From the human T2T-CHM13v2.0 reference genome, Homo sapiens: 64,000 bases of DNA. The notes beneath the pieces are model-generated. The model made no database searches and had not been told where the DNA came from. It saw only the letters and a program-made list of their open reading frames with translations. The position numbers and the translations under genes are program-made. The stretch lies in NCBI RefSeq assembly GCF_009914755.1, contig NC_060927.1; one strand, written 5' to 3'. This document shows positions 1-11,998 of this stretch, piece by piece (positions within the stretch are counted from its first letter, which is position 1; every line of letters begins with the position of its first letter).

Positions 1-153
1 TTGATATAACCAAGTAATAATAATGGACATCTCTCTGATTTTGAACTTTGACAACATGCAGTCCTCAACAGCCTAGGCTCACAGAAAAAGAAAATTAAAT
101 AAAAATCAACTGATAAAATCATTTTAAGTTAAAATGTAATTTACACATGCCAA

Positions 154-574
154 TGCAATAGGCTAAAAGTTTATGTCCCCCCAAAATTCATATGTTAAAA
201 TCCTAACCCCTGATGTGACGGTATTAGGAGGTGGAGCCTTTGAGGGGTGATTAAGTCATGAGAGTGGTGCCCTCATGACTAGATTAGTGTCCTTGTAAAA
301 TCAGCCTCAAATAGCTTCTCCTTTTCCCACCAGGAATACTAAAGGGATTAGCATTAAATAATCTAGCAGATAAATAAAATTTATTTTACTAACTGAGGAC
401 ACACTGAGAAGGCTGCATTTTTAAACAAAAAAGTGAGGCCTCACCAGACACCAGATCTGCTACCACCTTGATCTTGGGCTTCTCAGCCTCAAGAACTATG
501 AGAAATAGACGTCTACTGTTTATAAACTACCCAGTTTATGGCCTTTTGTTACAGCGCTCCAAATGAACTAAGCC
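154..574 (+). mobile_element. MLT1A-type MaLR solo LTR
   Basis: Matches the MLT1A consensus ('tgtccccccaaaattcatatgtt...ggtattaggaggtggagcctttg...cctcaccagacacc...cttgatcttgg...aactaag'); interrupted by an insert of about 60 bp at 333-393. Confidence 0.85.
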
Positions 575-760
575 GAGGAAAGCACGCTGAATAATTCAGA
601 GAATGAGGCAACTACAAGCATCTTTTTGTTGTTATGAACCTTATCAATTAAGACTAAGTTAAAAATTGTGACTTTTCTCCTACATAATAGTCTCCATATT
701 TGTTCCTTCCCCTTAAATACTAACCATCCCAAAATCCTAAACATATTTTCCTTAGGAGTC

Positions 761-1131
761 TGATATGGTTTGGCTGTGTCCACACCCAAATCTCATCTTG
801 CATCATAGCTCCCACAGTTTTCACATGTCATGGGAGGGACCCAGTGGGAGGTCATTGAATCATGGGGGCAGGTTTTTCCTCTACTGTTCTCGTGATAATA
901 AATAAGTCTCATGAGGTCTAATGGTTTTATAAAGGGGAGTTTTCCCACACAAGCTCTTCTTCTCTTACCTGTCATCATCCATGTACGACGTGACTTTCCT
1001 CCTCCTTGCCTTCCACTATGATTGTGACTCCTCTCCAGCCACGTGGAACTGAGTCCATTAAAACTCTTTCCTTTATAAATTACCCGATCTCAGATATGTC
1101 TTTATTAGCACCGTGAGAACAGACTAACACA
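761..1131 (+). mobile_element. THE1 (THE1A/B-like) solo LTR
   Basis: Starts 'tgatatggtttggctgtgtcc' and ends 'gactaacaca'; perfect 5-bp TSD GAGTC at 756-760 and 1132-1136. Confidence 0.95.
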
Positions 1132-2462
1132 GAGTCCAGAGTGTTGATGCCAACACACATACTGAAGGCATTAATATAAGGGGTGGGCAGACTCCTGTCT
1201 TCAAATACCAGGACAAGGAAAACCTTTAACACCTTCAGAAAAATCAGTGAATGTCACTAAAAAGCAAAAGCTGCTTAATGACCAGAAGGAAGAAGCAGGC
1301 ATCATTTCAGAACAAGAGCCCTTATTTTAAGCAATAGAGATGCTTGTTTCTTTAAATAAACTTTTCAAAAATAATGATCAAACGTACACTAATAACAACC
1401 ACATGATAAAGAATTTTTTCCAGGTAGAATTCAGATCTTCTTCTATTAGTAATTTAAGAGTATGTTGGTAGAATTTAGCAAACTTTAAGTTCACAATCTT
1501 AAAAAGATGCATGAATTATATTTATCTCTCTGTCTTTTCGTAGAAAACAGCATATTTCACTTATAATTTATCAATTTGTTCTTTTTCTCTTAGGCTATAT
1601 GAATGAGATACTGAAAAATCCCACAAACATGAGAATATTGATGTTAGATAATTCAGGATCAAATTATCTGATGGTTTTCAGGCTTTTTGCCTCATTAGGA
1701 GGGTTTGATAGTGACACGTTCTCAATAAAGAACTTTAATTTTGCTGGCATAGACATAGCTTTTGTCATTATATCTTAGGATCTTTTACAACTCTTAAGAA
1801 GTTGTATCAAAAATTATTATTATTATTTGTATCATAATAGAGAACAGAAACATTATTACAGAAATACAAAACCAGGTGGCAGATATTTAACAATCATTTA
1901 TAGAATTAGAGATTTTATCCTGTCTGACCCTAAGTTCATATCTTCTGCTCTCTACATCTAGCTCAGGGTGCCAACACCAAACCAAACACAGGAATGAACA
2001 AAGAAACCCGGGAGGGTTTATGCTCTCATTTTCCCAAATATCTGATCATAGTGTAGGTTAACTGGTAGATGATAACACAAAGGTGCTTATACAGGTTAAT
2101 TGGTGATTAAATAAAACTATTAGAGGGTTTCTTAGTGAATTCCTGTCATTTTCAAAGTATTTTAAACTGGATGGAATCTCGCCAAGGCTTCAAGCTTATG
2201 AAACAACGATTCATGGTTATTAAGAGCAAATGCCCTAGAGAGATTAATCTGTGCTATCCCAACAGGCTGACCTTTTCCAAAGACATAGCAATTTAATTAT
2301 CTACTTTGAAAAGCACAATTATAGTAAAATTCAAAACCTGATTTATAATCTCATCTATAATGCATGTAAATAAGAGACTTTGAGTTCCTTTTTCTAGCAC
2401 TGCTATACATGTATTTGTAACTAATAAGTACTAAATAGTTCTTGCTTTTTAAAACTATGGCG

Positions 2463-2492
2463 TTTTTATTAAATATCAATATTTAATAAAAA
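2463..2492. repeat. Perfect AT-rich inverted repeat (14-bp arms, 2-nt spacer)
   Basis: tttttattaaatat-ca-atatttaataaaaa. Confidence 0.9.
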
Positions 2493-2642
2493 TATTTCAA
2501 ATTATGAGTGCTTTTCAGTATGTCTTTATTCTAAATTTTGTATATTACTTGCACGCTGATAAATAAGAGGGTGCTTCTAAAATTTGTGAACGTGGATAAC
2601 TTGACCTGGATAGGATTTCTGCTCAAGCACAAACTGATTAAA

Positions 2643-2650
2643 TGACGTCA
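2643..2650. promoter_or_regulatory. Full CRE palindrome TGACGTCA (candidate CREB/ATF site)
   Basis: Exact motif with its CpG retained, in non-repeat sequence; function unproven. Confidence 0.3.
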
Positions 2651-2867
2651 CCCTTCATTTTCTACTTAATGATTCTGTATTTTATTTCATAGAAGCATAA
2701 ATTAGAAACCACAGTAAGGTCTTGAAATTTGTGTCTCAGTATAATATGGACTTGTAAAAAACATAAATTGTGCTCTTATTCAGCTAATCAATTTTAAATA
2801 TTTATTGAAGACCTATCTACTTACCACCATAACATCCCCTCCAATCAGAGGAGGGGACACACTTGAA

Positions 2868-2869
<2 letters not shown>

Positions 2870-2905
<36 letters not shown>
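2870..2905. repeat. (CA)18 microsatellite
   Basis: Uninterrupted CA run. Confidence 0.98.
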
Positions 2906-2906
<1 letters not shown>

Positions 2907-3329
2907 CCCAAAGAACAACTCCTGTGGTACCAGTCTTCACTAAATACCTTAAATACTTCTACAGTGTAGTGTGTTTGAATATTGGAGGAAAAAAATTAAA
3001 TGTGGTAAAAATAAGCGAAAGGATACAAATCTAAAATTAATTTAATTTTACCTATTTTCAAGTGCTTTATGAAACATTTTAGATACATGTTAAATACTCA
3101 AAAAAGGTAGTAATGATAAGTATATATAGTATTTTATATTTCAAAGTATAGGGTAAAATAACGATTCTGAGTTGTTTGGAGAAGGCAGATACAGAATGCT
3201 CTGCTCTTACTAATTTCCCAAAAAAAGTTTGTGGTTTTTTTTTGAAAATGCAGCATCATAAAGTACTTAATAGCATACATTTATTTTAAAATGAGATAAA
3301 GCATCAAAACAGGATATTTAACATATATC

Positions 3330-3900
3330 TAGGAGGTCTTCTAGAGGATGGAAGGGCTATGGCGGGGACTGAGAAAATGGAAATGAGAAAATGATTTTAC
3401 AAATATGAAGAGGATTTTCCAGAGCTGAAAAAGGGATGTTTTAGACTAAAACATCCTACCAAGGGCCAAGCAGAATAAAGTTTTAAATGCCTTACACCAT
3501 ACACATCACTGAAAAATTTCAGAATACTAACACTAAATGAAGGTATAAAAAGCTTTCAGAGAACAAGAACAGGTTACCTCCAAAAGAAGGAAACAATATA
3601 ATAGACAAGTGATTAGAAACAGTGGATTTGAAAGTCAGTAGAACAGTGCTATCAAAGATTTGATAGAAATGATTTCAAACCCAGAATTCTGCATGTAAGC
3701 AAGCACCTCATAATTTATGAAGGGAAAGTAAACATAATTTTAGAAATACAAGAAGTCAAAAAGTTTATATTCTTTGAATTATTTCTTTAAATAATTACTA
3801 AAGAATATTGCCTAGAAAAATGCAAAAGGAATACCAAAAGAAAAAAGCATAATATATAAGGAATGGCAGCTTGAAAAGGAAACCTGGAATAGTAGATGTT
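3330..3900 (+). mobile_element. Ancient L1M/HAL1 ORF1-region fragment
   Basis: Degenerate ORF1-like motifs 'ttttccagagctgaaa', 'aaatttcagaatact', 'aaaagctttcagaga', 'gatttcaaacccagaattct'. Confidence 0.55.
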
Positions 3901-4274
3901 CTGCAGATAGAAAAGTTAAAAAGCAATTGGTCTAATTATAGTGAAATCCTGAAAATTATAACTGAATGGCTCAGAGAAGTGTGTCTTCAAGAAGGAAGTA
4001 AATTCCATTAAACAAACTTTAATGGTTAAGATGATGGAATATCTTAGCAACAAAGAAAAAATCTTTCATAAACTCTGGAAAAAACAACTGCACAAGAAAT
4101 TGTAGGTCCAAATATGAAGCAAATTAAGTAGGTATTAAAATATGATATAACCTGTATTTCCGGGCTATGCTTTATTCTTATTCTTTTTAAATAAACAATT
4201 TGATAGAAGTTTCAAGACATCAAAAAACAGAGACCAGTCAAGTCTAACTTTTTTTTTCTAATAAAACAATGCCA

Positions 4275-4700
4275 TATGAGTCAGGCAAGGCTATCGTATG
4301 CCACCTAATAAACCCTGGTTTCTCATGACTTTTAACATAATGCAAGTTTATTTTATTTCTTCGTTTCATCACAGATGAATAAACCCTGGTGTCTCATGAC
4401 TTTTAACACAATGCAAGTTTATTTCTTGGTTTCATCACAGATGAATGTTGATCTAGTTGCTCTTCTGTGTACTTTCCTGTAAATTGTTACCCAGAAGACT
4501 ATGCTCCTTCCGTTGTGTGGGTCTGCAATTCAATGTTCTTGATTTCTAGATGCACTGACAAGAGAAATAGTGCAAGATATTTGAGAGGTCTGTCCTAGAA
4601 GTGATATCTATCTCTTTCACCCACATTCCACTCAGTTCCATGGCCAACCCAACTTCAGGAGCATATGGATGTGGGTGAACATGACAGTTTCAACTATAAT
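4275..4700 (-). mobile_element. Old MaLR LTR (MLT1J/K/L-like)
   Basis: 'aagtttatttctt' and 'tctgtcctagaagtgata...cacattcca...catggccaacccaacttcagg' resemble the reverse MLT1J-L consensus. Confidence 0.5.
4310..4446. repeat. Tandem duplication of about 70 bp (71 + 66 bp)
   Basis: 'aaaccctggt.tctcatgacttttaaca.aatgcaagttta...tttcatcacagatgaat' occurs twice in a row (4310-4380, 4381-4446). Confidence 0.95.
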
Positions 4701-5789
4701 TGCCAAGCAACACTATGGTATTATCTGTATTGGTTGACACCTTTTAGTCTAAGGAGAGAAATTGCCAAGTGGCACAGTTCACTTGGTCTTAAAGAGACAT
4801 GAGTTGGTCTTCACCTTGACACAGAGCCTTGCAAGATTAGCCAGTCAGCTCTGTGAAAGCAGTGCAATTATTTCAACCTCATCTATTATCCCCTGGAGCA
4901 TTAATTATGAGCCATGATGGCCCCTAATCACAGCTCTATGACCTCATTTGAGATAGTGTCGCTGGGCAGATCCTTCTCTATTCTTAAACAGAAATCTTAA
5001 AAGGCACAAGCATAATATGTGAGAAGAATTAGATGTTTCACATGAATTCCACGTTTTAAAATCTTTCCCCCCTTAATACAAAATGCATAATATTTCTTCT
5101 GGAATGCAGAAAAAAGATCTTACTGAGACTCATATTTAAAATGATTGTTTTCAGTCCCAATCTTACTCTCTTCCATGAGAATGAAAAATATTATTAATTA
5201 TAGAGAGTGCTAAAGAATTTCAATCTTCCAAATCAGGCATGATGTTGAGCAATGGAAAATATAAAATAAATCCATCTGACCTTAAAACGTGCAACAGTTT
5301 CCTTTGAATGCCCCAAAGGATAGCATTATTTTTTCTTCAGGTCCAATTACTCTAGTTAGCTGCAGAAATGGTATGTAAATGAACACCAAATTGGCATCAG
5401 GGTTTACTGAATTTCAATTTTTAGATCCTATAGGTGAAGCCCAGAATAATTAATTAAAGTGACAGAACAAAATAAAAATGCTATGAACTTAGCTGATGTA
5501 AAAGTGAAATGAGGTAAATTAGGTATTTAATTATTCAGGTTAAAACTGAAGAGTAATTTTTTTTAATTTATAGAACAAGGACTAGAGCTTAGAACCAGAG
5601 CAAAAAGTAATAAATACAAGTAATAAAATATAACACCTTACATGGAAAGTTGGTAGCAGGAGACAGGTAATCATGGTGAATTGTCTAGTTTTCTTGTTGG
5701 AGAAACAAGATAATGTACAAATGTAGAAATGTAATAAAGAAAATATATAGATATAGTATGTTATTCAGATTTTGGTTGTTAGCCAAAAA

Positions 5790-5930
5790 CCAAATAGCAA
5801 TGGTTAAATCTGGCCACCTCTAGGAAATGAGAATGAGGCGATGAGGCAAATAATATTATTTTTTACTGAATAATCTCTTTATTGTTTAACTTTTTTACCA
5901 TGTTAATATCTTACTTTACAATAAAAAGTA
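5790..5930 (+). mobile_element. Ancient L1ME 3'-end fragment
   Basis: 'tggccacctctagg...ttttttaccatg...ttactttacaataaaaa' resembles the L1ME4-type tail. Confidence 0.4.
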
Positions 5931-7484
5931 ACAACTTTGTATTTATAATAATGTCATAAGGTATATACCACACTGGCCTAGGAACTCTTTCTTGGCATGG
6001 ATTCAAACATGACCATGAAGTGACTGCATTCATAATTCACGTGAAATATTAAAAGGTAACTTGTTGAAGCCTCTTTGAGATAGATGAATCACTACTAGAA
6101 ATATATTTCTTAACACTATTTTAACGCCTTTGATAAATGAAAGCTCACTATATTTTAAAGTTGGGATTCCACTTAGTATAACTCTAATCATTTTTATGTT
6201 CCTTATTACATATCAAAAGCTACCTTATTTCAATGTTGTCCATCTATTCTTGGGTTAATTACTAGCAAAAAAAATTTGAATTGGGAGGATTAAATATTAG
6301 AAATTAGACTTACAGAAATATTTATATTTCAAAAGTGGCAATAAAACACATTTATACAAATTATACCAGTTTGTTAACAATTCACTAAATCCCATTTAAC
6401 CACTATAAATGAGCACCGAGGGATGCATCAGTTTTGTCATCTGGTGGAATCGCTCTCCCCTGCTAACAATAATAGACATTGTTATTAAAGTGTACTATGA
6501 TCCGTGAAGAAGCGCCAACAGCATATTTTAATTCAATAGAAAATTACCTCCACTGCTACTTTAAGGACAAACAAAACTAAGAAGGGACTAATCTACATCT
6601 CCATGCTGTTGAAGATGTATGGTCATTTAGAGGAGATTTATGCTATTGAATATCTATTTTACAAGCTCTTCCAAGAACAGCATCAATCTTGGATTTTCTC
6701 TGTTATTATGAATTTACAATCATCTTTCCTTTGTTGTAGTTGTGGGGGTTTTGTCTCCTATTTAACTGCTCTTTAACTCAAGGACAAAAGAATATGTCAG
6801 TGATGTTTTCATTCTAATAATCCATGTTTACAGATTACATATATCCTTTATAATATGTGTTATAATACATCTGCAAGAAGAAATCTAAACATAGAATGAA
6901 CTATAAACTGATAGCTCAGCAAAAGTCCTTTGTGCTCAAACATTTTACATTCCTTCCAAGGGGAAAGAGAGCAAATAGATTCAAAAGTTGGTAACATACC
7001 CTCTTGCTTCAATATTTAGGAGAGACTGTGGCCACAGTTTGTATGTGCCTACACCAGCACAGCAAAACCACTTTTCACTGCAGCTTTTGCCACCTGAGGA
7101 AGTGGTACTCACACAGGCCTGCCACCCTCTAGGTCCTGTGGTCCAGTTAGCTGAAGCCTCTTGACTCTTCCCTTTCAAAAGCAGCTGGATAGGACACATG
7201 CATGTGTGTGTTTGTTCACATTCACATGTTTATGGATGTGAAACTCTAAATATCATCAAAGCTTTCATATCTGGTGGTTAAACTTTACCTATCACCCCCC
7301 GAATTCCTTAAAATAATCAAAATGATATTTTTCTTTAGGCAAGCAAATATATTATAAGAATATTTTATCTTTTTCAAAAATAGACAAGGGGGTTCTGGAT
7401 AGATTGTAGATGTAAAGAAGTAGTTTATTTTATTCTCTCCAATATCCCTATAAAAACGGATGGATGACATCTACAACAAACTCA

Positions 7485-7592
7485 GATCATCATTTATCTT
7501 CACAAATGAAGAAATGAAAGTAGCTAGAGCCAGGTGTTGAACCCCGGCAGGGCTACTCCAAAGCCCAAGCTCTTGCTGACCATGCTATGCTA
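7485..7592 (-). mobile_element. MIR fragment
   Basis: 'cacaaatgaagaaatga...agctagagccagg..ttgaacccc...ctccaaagccc'. Confidence 0.65.
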
Positions 7593-8305
7593 CAAAATGC
7601 GTAGGAGGCTCCCATCACAATGTTGAAAGTTTCGTGGGCTTACTTGATTACTTTTATATAAAGATGGTGGTATGATGACAGCAGAAAACTAGGATCACTT
7701 CCTTTTCAGTGTGTTGTAGGCAGGAAGAAAAATAAACTTTTACAAGGTAACTTTCTCTTAAAAATGTCATTGATGTACATGTGTTTGTTTGTTTGTGTTG
7801 TTCCCGTTACTTTCAACAGGGACCACTGGAATATGTTCTGTGATCATCTGGGATCAAGGGATTGCTCAGGCAGACGCCAGCACAAAATATCACCAGAAAG
7901 TATCCCTCATCTCTACAACTTCATGGTGACAGAAGAAGGAAATGGTTGAAAATGAATGAATCCGAGCATTTAGGGTTCCAATTCTATAATTTGCTGTACA
8001 GTGCAAAATTAGAAAATTTTTGTAAAATTTTGCAAAATTATGTAAGCATAATTACATATAAAACCCATAAAAGATGTACTCTCCATTTCTGGTATAAAGC
8101 TGTGGTGACCTGTTATCAGAGAGCTAGTGAAGGATTTTAACCAATATGAATGAAGGAATTGCTATGTAATTTTTCTTTGTTCCAGGGACTGTATATTTCT
8201 CATTGTTGCTTCAAAACTTCTATTCCTTGACTGGCAAGTCTTCATTTCAGTACCTTTATTACTTGTTCTTAGTCTACATTTCCACATTTCCAGACTTTGA
8301 ATCTA

Positions 8306-8619
8306 TTTTATTTATTTATTTATTTTTAGACCGAGGCTTGCTCTGTCACCCAGGTTGGAGTACAATGGCACGATCTTGGCTCACTGCAACCCCTGCCTCC
8401 CAGGTTTAAGCAATTCTCTCTGCCACAGCCTCCCAAGTAGCTGGGATTACAGGCACCCGCCACTATGCCCAGCGTAAAAATATAAATTTTTGTATATTTA
8501 GTAGAGATGGGGTTTCGCCATATTGGCCAGGCTGGTCTCGAACTCCTGACCTCAGGTGATCTGCCCACCTCGGCCTCTCAAAGTGCTGGGATTACAGGCG
8601 TGAGTCACCCCGCCCGGCC
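8306..8619 (-). mobile_element. AluSx-like, full length
   Basis: Dimeric Alu with (TTTA)n tail and 'ctcaggtgatc' diagnostic; 17-bp TSD tc(c/t)agacttt(g/a)aatcta at 8289-8305 and 8621-8637. Confidence 0.95.
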
Positions 8620-11231
8620 ATCTAGACTTTAAATCTAATTCTGTCGTTATAGATGTACAAAAATAACTGCTGCTGCCTGCCTTCCTTATTACTGCAGAAA
8701 TGGCATTCTCATTTTAAAATCTGAGCTCTCTTTGTTCATCTGTATTGTTGCAACAACAGCCTTCTCTTTGCTCCTGGGAGTGATGATGTTTTATTCTTGT
8801 GTCTTTGGCACAGAGAGACACACTTTTGCATCTAACCTGAACAAAGAATTTCCTTGAGATATTTCCTGTGTTTCTGAACCATTAAACATCCTCCTAGAAA
8901 CACTACTTCAACAACTTTATTTTCCAGTTAATTCACTTGCGAAGTCATTAAGGTGAAATGAAAACATCAGCATGAGTTTTCATTCGTTCTTCCTTCTCAC
9001 CAGACATGAAGGGCCTGGCCATACAGCTTGCTCAGGGGGTTGGCCACTATACTGGACATCAAAGCTTAGAGTTAGGGAACACAGAGCTGTTGAGGGCCAA
9101 ATGCCAATGCACCATGTCAAAGAGTACCAGATTAAAAACAGGTAGATAATCACACTTCAAATCAATAGTGCAAATCAGGCAAGGAAAATAATGGTTCCTG
9201 GTTTGAAAAAAATGCAAGATAAATACCATGAGAACTTGGTGAAGAATTTCCAAAGCAGACAGTGGTGAAGAAACAGAAGAACATGAACAAAACAACACAC
9301 AGCTAGGAGACTTAAGTCATTCAAAAGTGCCTGTACCTGGGAGATTTAGAAGTGTTTTTGAATGAGGACTGAAACAGACATTTTTGTTTCTTTTTTTTTT
9401 TTTTTTCCGACTCCTTAAGCAAGAAAACCATTTCAATAGTAAGAAATCAGGGTGAGACCTCTGTTATAAGAATTTAAATTATAATTTGGCAAGCCAATTG
9501 GAAAGTACATTTCAGTAATATGGATAGAGTCAATATAAAAATATAATAACTTTTCTGTTCTCTTGTATCAGCTGCTCTTGGTGAATTTAAGATATGTAAG
9601 AATTCCATAACCTTTCTGATGCTTTTTCTTCATTTCAAAAATAAATTTGCACATTGATGACTGGAGGAATTTGTGTGTCTTTCAAAATTTCACCTAGAAT
9701 TTTCAAATATATCTAACATCTCATGAAAGGAAAAGTTGTGTATTATACCTATATAAACACAAAATGGAACATAATAATTACTTTTGTCTTTACACGGCAG
9801 AGTTAGTATATTTTTCAGGTATCATATTAACACCAAGAAATTTCAGCCCTTCCCCGAGCCTCCTAAACAGAATCTGTTTTTTTCTACTTGTTTATATTTT
9901 TAAGTATATCCCACTTATGAAACATTTGCATTTGACTAATAAAATTTACCCTTCTGCATTTGAGTAAAAAAGGGAGTCATTTAATTCAAAATATTTTTTA
10001 AAAATATATAAAACATGTTTCTTTTGGCCTAAAAATGTAGAAAAAATTAACATATGCCTAGTCTTCAAGCCTAGCTGTTCAAGGATAAAAATAATGATTT
10101 AATTGAAAATTCAATTCATTTAAAAATGTTATTTAATTTTATTTCTGAGGCAGAAAAAAACATTTATAGTTAGTTCTGAATTATCATTGAAAAGCTTACT
10201 CTTCTCTCTAAATTCTCATTAATTTTACCATCACTATAATGTCCTCCGATCCTGCTTCACGCAGGAACATAGAGAGCTACCAAGTCTACCAGATGGGACT
10301 CCTTCTTTAATGGTCTGTTGAAGGATGGGAATCACTCTTTTCCCTCTAGGATCTGAGCAGTCTGCTGCTCTGGGAGGCCCACATTCTGACAGCTAAGGAA
10401 GTGAGAGGCCAAGATCCAAATTACTTATGAAGTGTAAATCGCATACCTGGCACGATGGCACTACAAATGCCTGCTGAGCTATTGAGTCAGCTGTCGAAAA
10501 ATAGTGATGTTGGAAAGATGAGTGCTTGACTTTTAATTGTGGCTATCTATACTGCTTTCACCAGAAATAAAGACTGCACTAAAAGCTTAGCCATTTCTCC
10601 ACTCCCTACCTCCCACAAAAAGACAAGAAAGTGTAAAGGAAAAGTACAGAGCAACATAGCAGTGTAAATCCAGATTTGTAAGTTTACCAGGTAATAAAGC
10701 CACCAGAAGACAGAAGTGTAATAGGGAATGCTTTTGTACTATTGTAGACAAAACAATGCTTGAGGGACTAAAATGCTAATAAAAAACTGTGAGTTATGAT
10801 TATTCCACATGATCATAGTAGCAGAGCTCTCCCAAAGAGATGCATTCATACTCCAATAGTTAGGGAGGAATATTTCTCCTTTCTTGTGAAAGAAGTACAT
10901 ATGACACTGCAAAATCATATTTGAGCCATAAATTCACCCTTCCTTGTCATCTTTTATAAACATTAAATAATTGTTTTGGGTTAGCACATTTAATAATTCA
11001 TGCAGCCAAAACCTAAGTATGTCCTTCAAAAGACAAGTTCAAATTTGCTCAATTTCTATCTGCATAGATTTTTGTCTCTGTATCCTGTAACAACCAACTT
11101 ATGTAATTGATGAAATTTCTAGATTGTCTCTGGATAATAACACAGCTACACAGCCCATGATTTTAGTTCTTATCTAGTCATGATTTGGTTATTTGAGTAA
11201 ATCAAAGCAAAATTACACTTACTGTCTGAGA

Positions 11232-11460
11232 AGCAGTGGATATCGTGGAAAATATTCAGACTTTGAAATAAGTTAGAAATAGATTTTCAAATCTTTGCTC
11301 AATGATTACTTGATGACAGCTTTCTTTACATAAACCTTAATTTTTACATTCATAAATTTGGGATTATTTTGGCAGAGATATGTGAAAAATGAAATAGTAA
11401 ATTTTAGGTTCCTAGCACATAGCAGATGCATAATATACACTACACAGTATCTTTATTATT
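11232..11460 (+). mobile_element. MIR (degenerate)
   Basis: 'gtggaaaa...cagactttgaa...ttcaaatc...cttaattttt.cattcataaa.ttgggat...ctagcaca'. Confidence 0.55.
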
Positions 11461-11498
11461 TTGTAGTTGTGTTATGGCGGTAAAAGTCATGATAAGAG

Positions 11499-11998
11499 GG
11501 TTATTAATTTTTTATTGCTGCTATGACAATATCAGAAACTTAGCACATAAACCAACAGAAATTCATTCTCTTCCGGTTCTGAATATCAGAAATTCCACAG
11601 CAATCTCAGCAGGCTAAGGTCAAGGTATCATTAGCAGGGTGTATTTCTGTCTGGAGCCTCCAGCAGATAATTCATTTTCTTTGCCTTTTACAGGTTCTAG
11701 TGGCTGCCCACATTCCTAGGCTCATGGCCCCATCGTCTGTCTTCAAAGCCAGTAACGTCAACTTTGTCCTTTGCTGTTGCTGTCTCTCTGGTTCTCACCT
11801 CCACTTTTCTCTTCTCCTTCTAAGGATCTTTGTGATTATATTGGGCCCTGCAAGATCCTCTACCTATTTAAGGTGGGTTGATTAGCAACCTTAATTACAT
11901 CTGCAACCTTAATTCTCCTTTGCCATGTAACATAATATGTTCACAGCTTCCAAAGATTAGGCTGCAAACATCTGTGGGCCATTATTTTGCCTATTGCA
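11499..11998 (-). mobile_element. MLT1D-type MaLR LTR
   Basis: 'ggctgcccacattcct.ggctcatggcccc...tcttcaaagccag...tgattagcaaccttaatt...ggccattatt.tgccta'. Confidence 0.85.

Noticed and set aside
8203-8568. Alu-overlapping ORFs (also 21204-21436 and 25795-26234)
   Set aside because: Typical Alu-frame translations with no gene structure
11885-11915. Direct repeat gcaaccttaatt x2
   Set aside because: As I recall, a native feature of the MLT1D consensus rather than a local event
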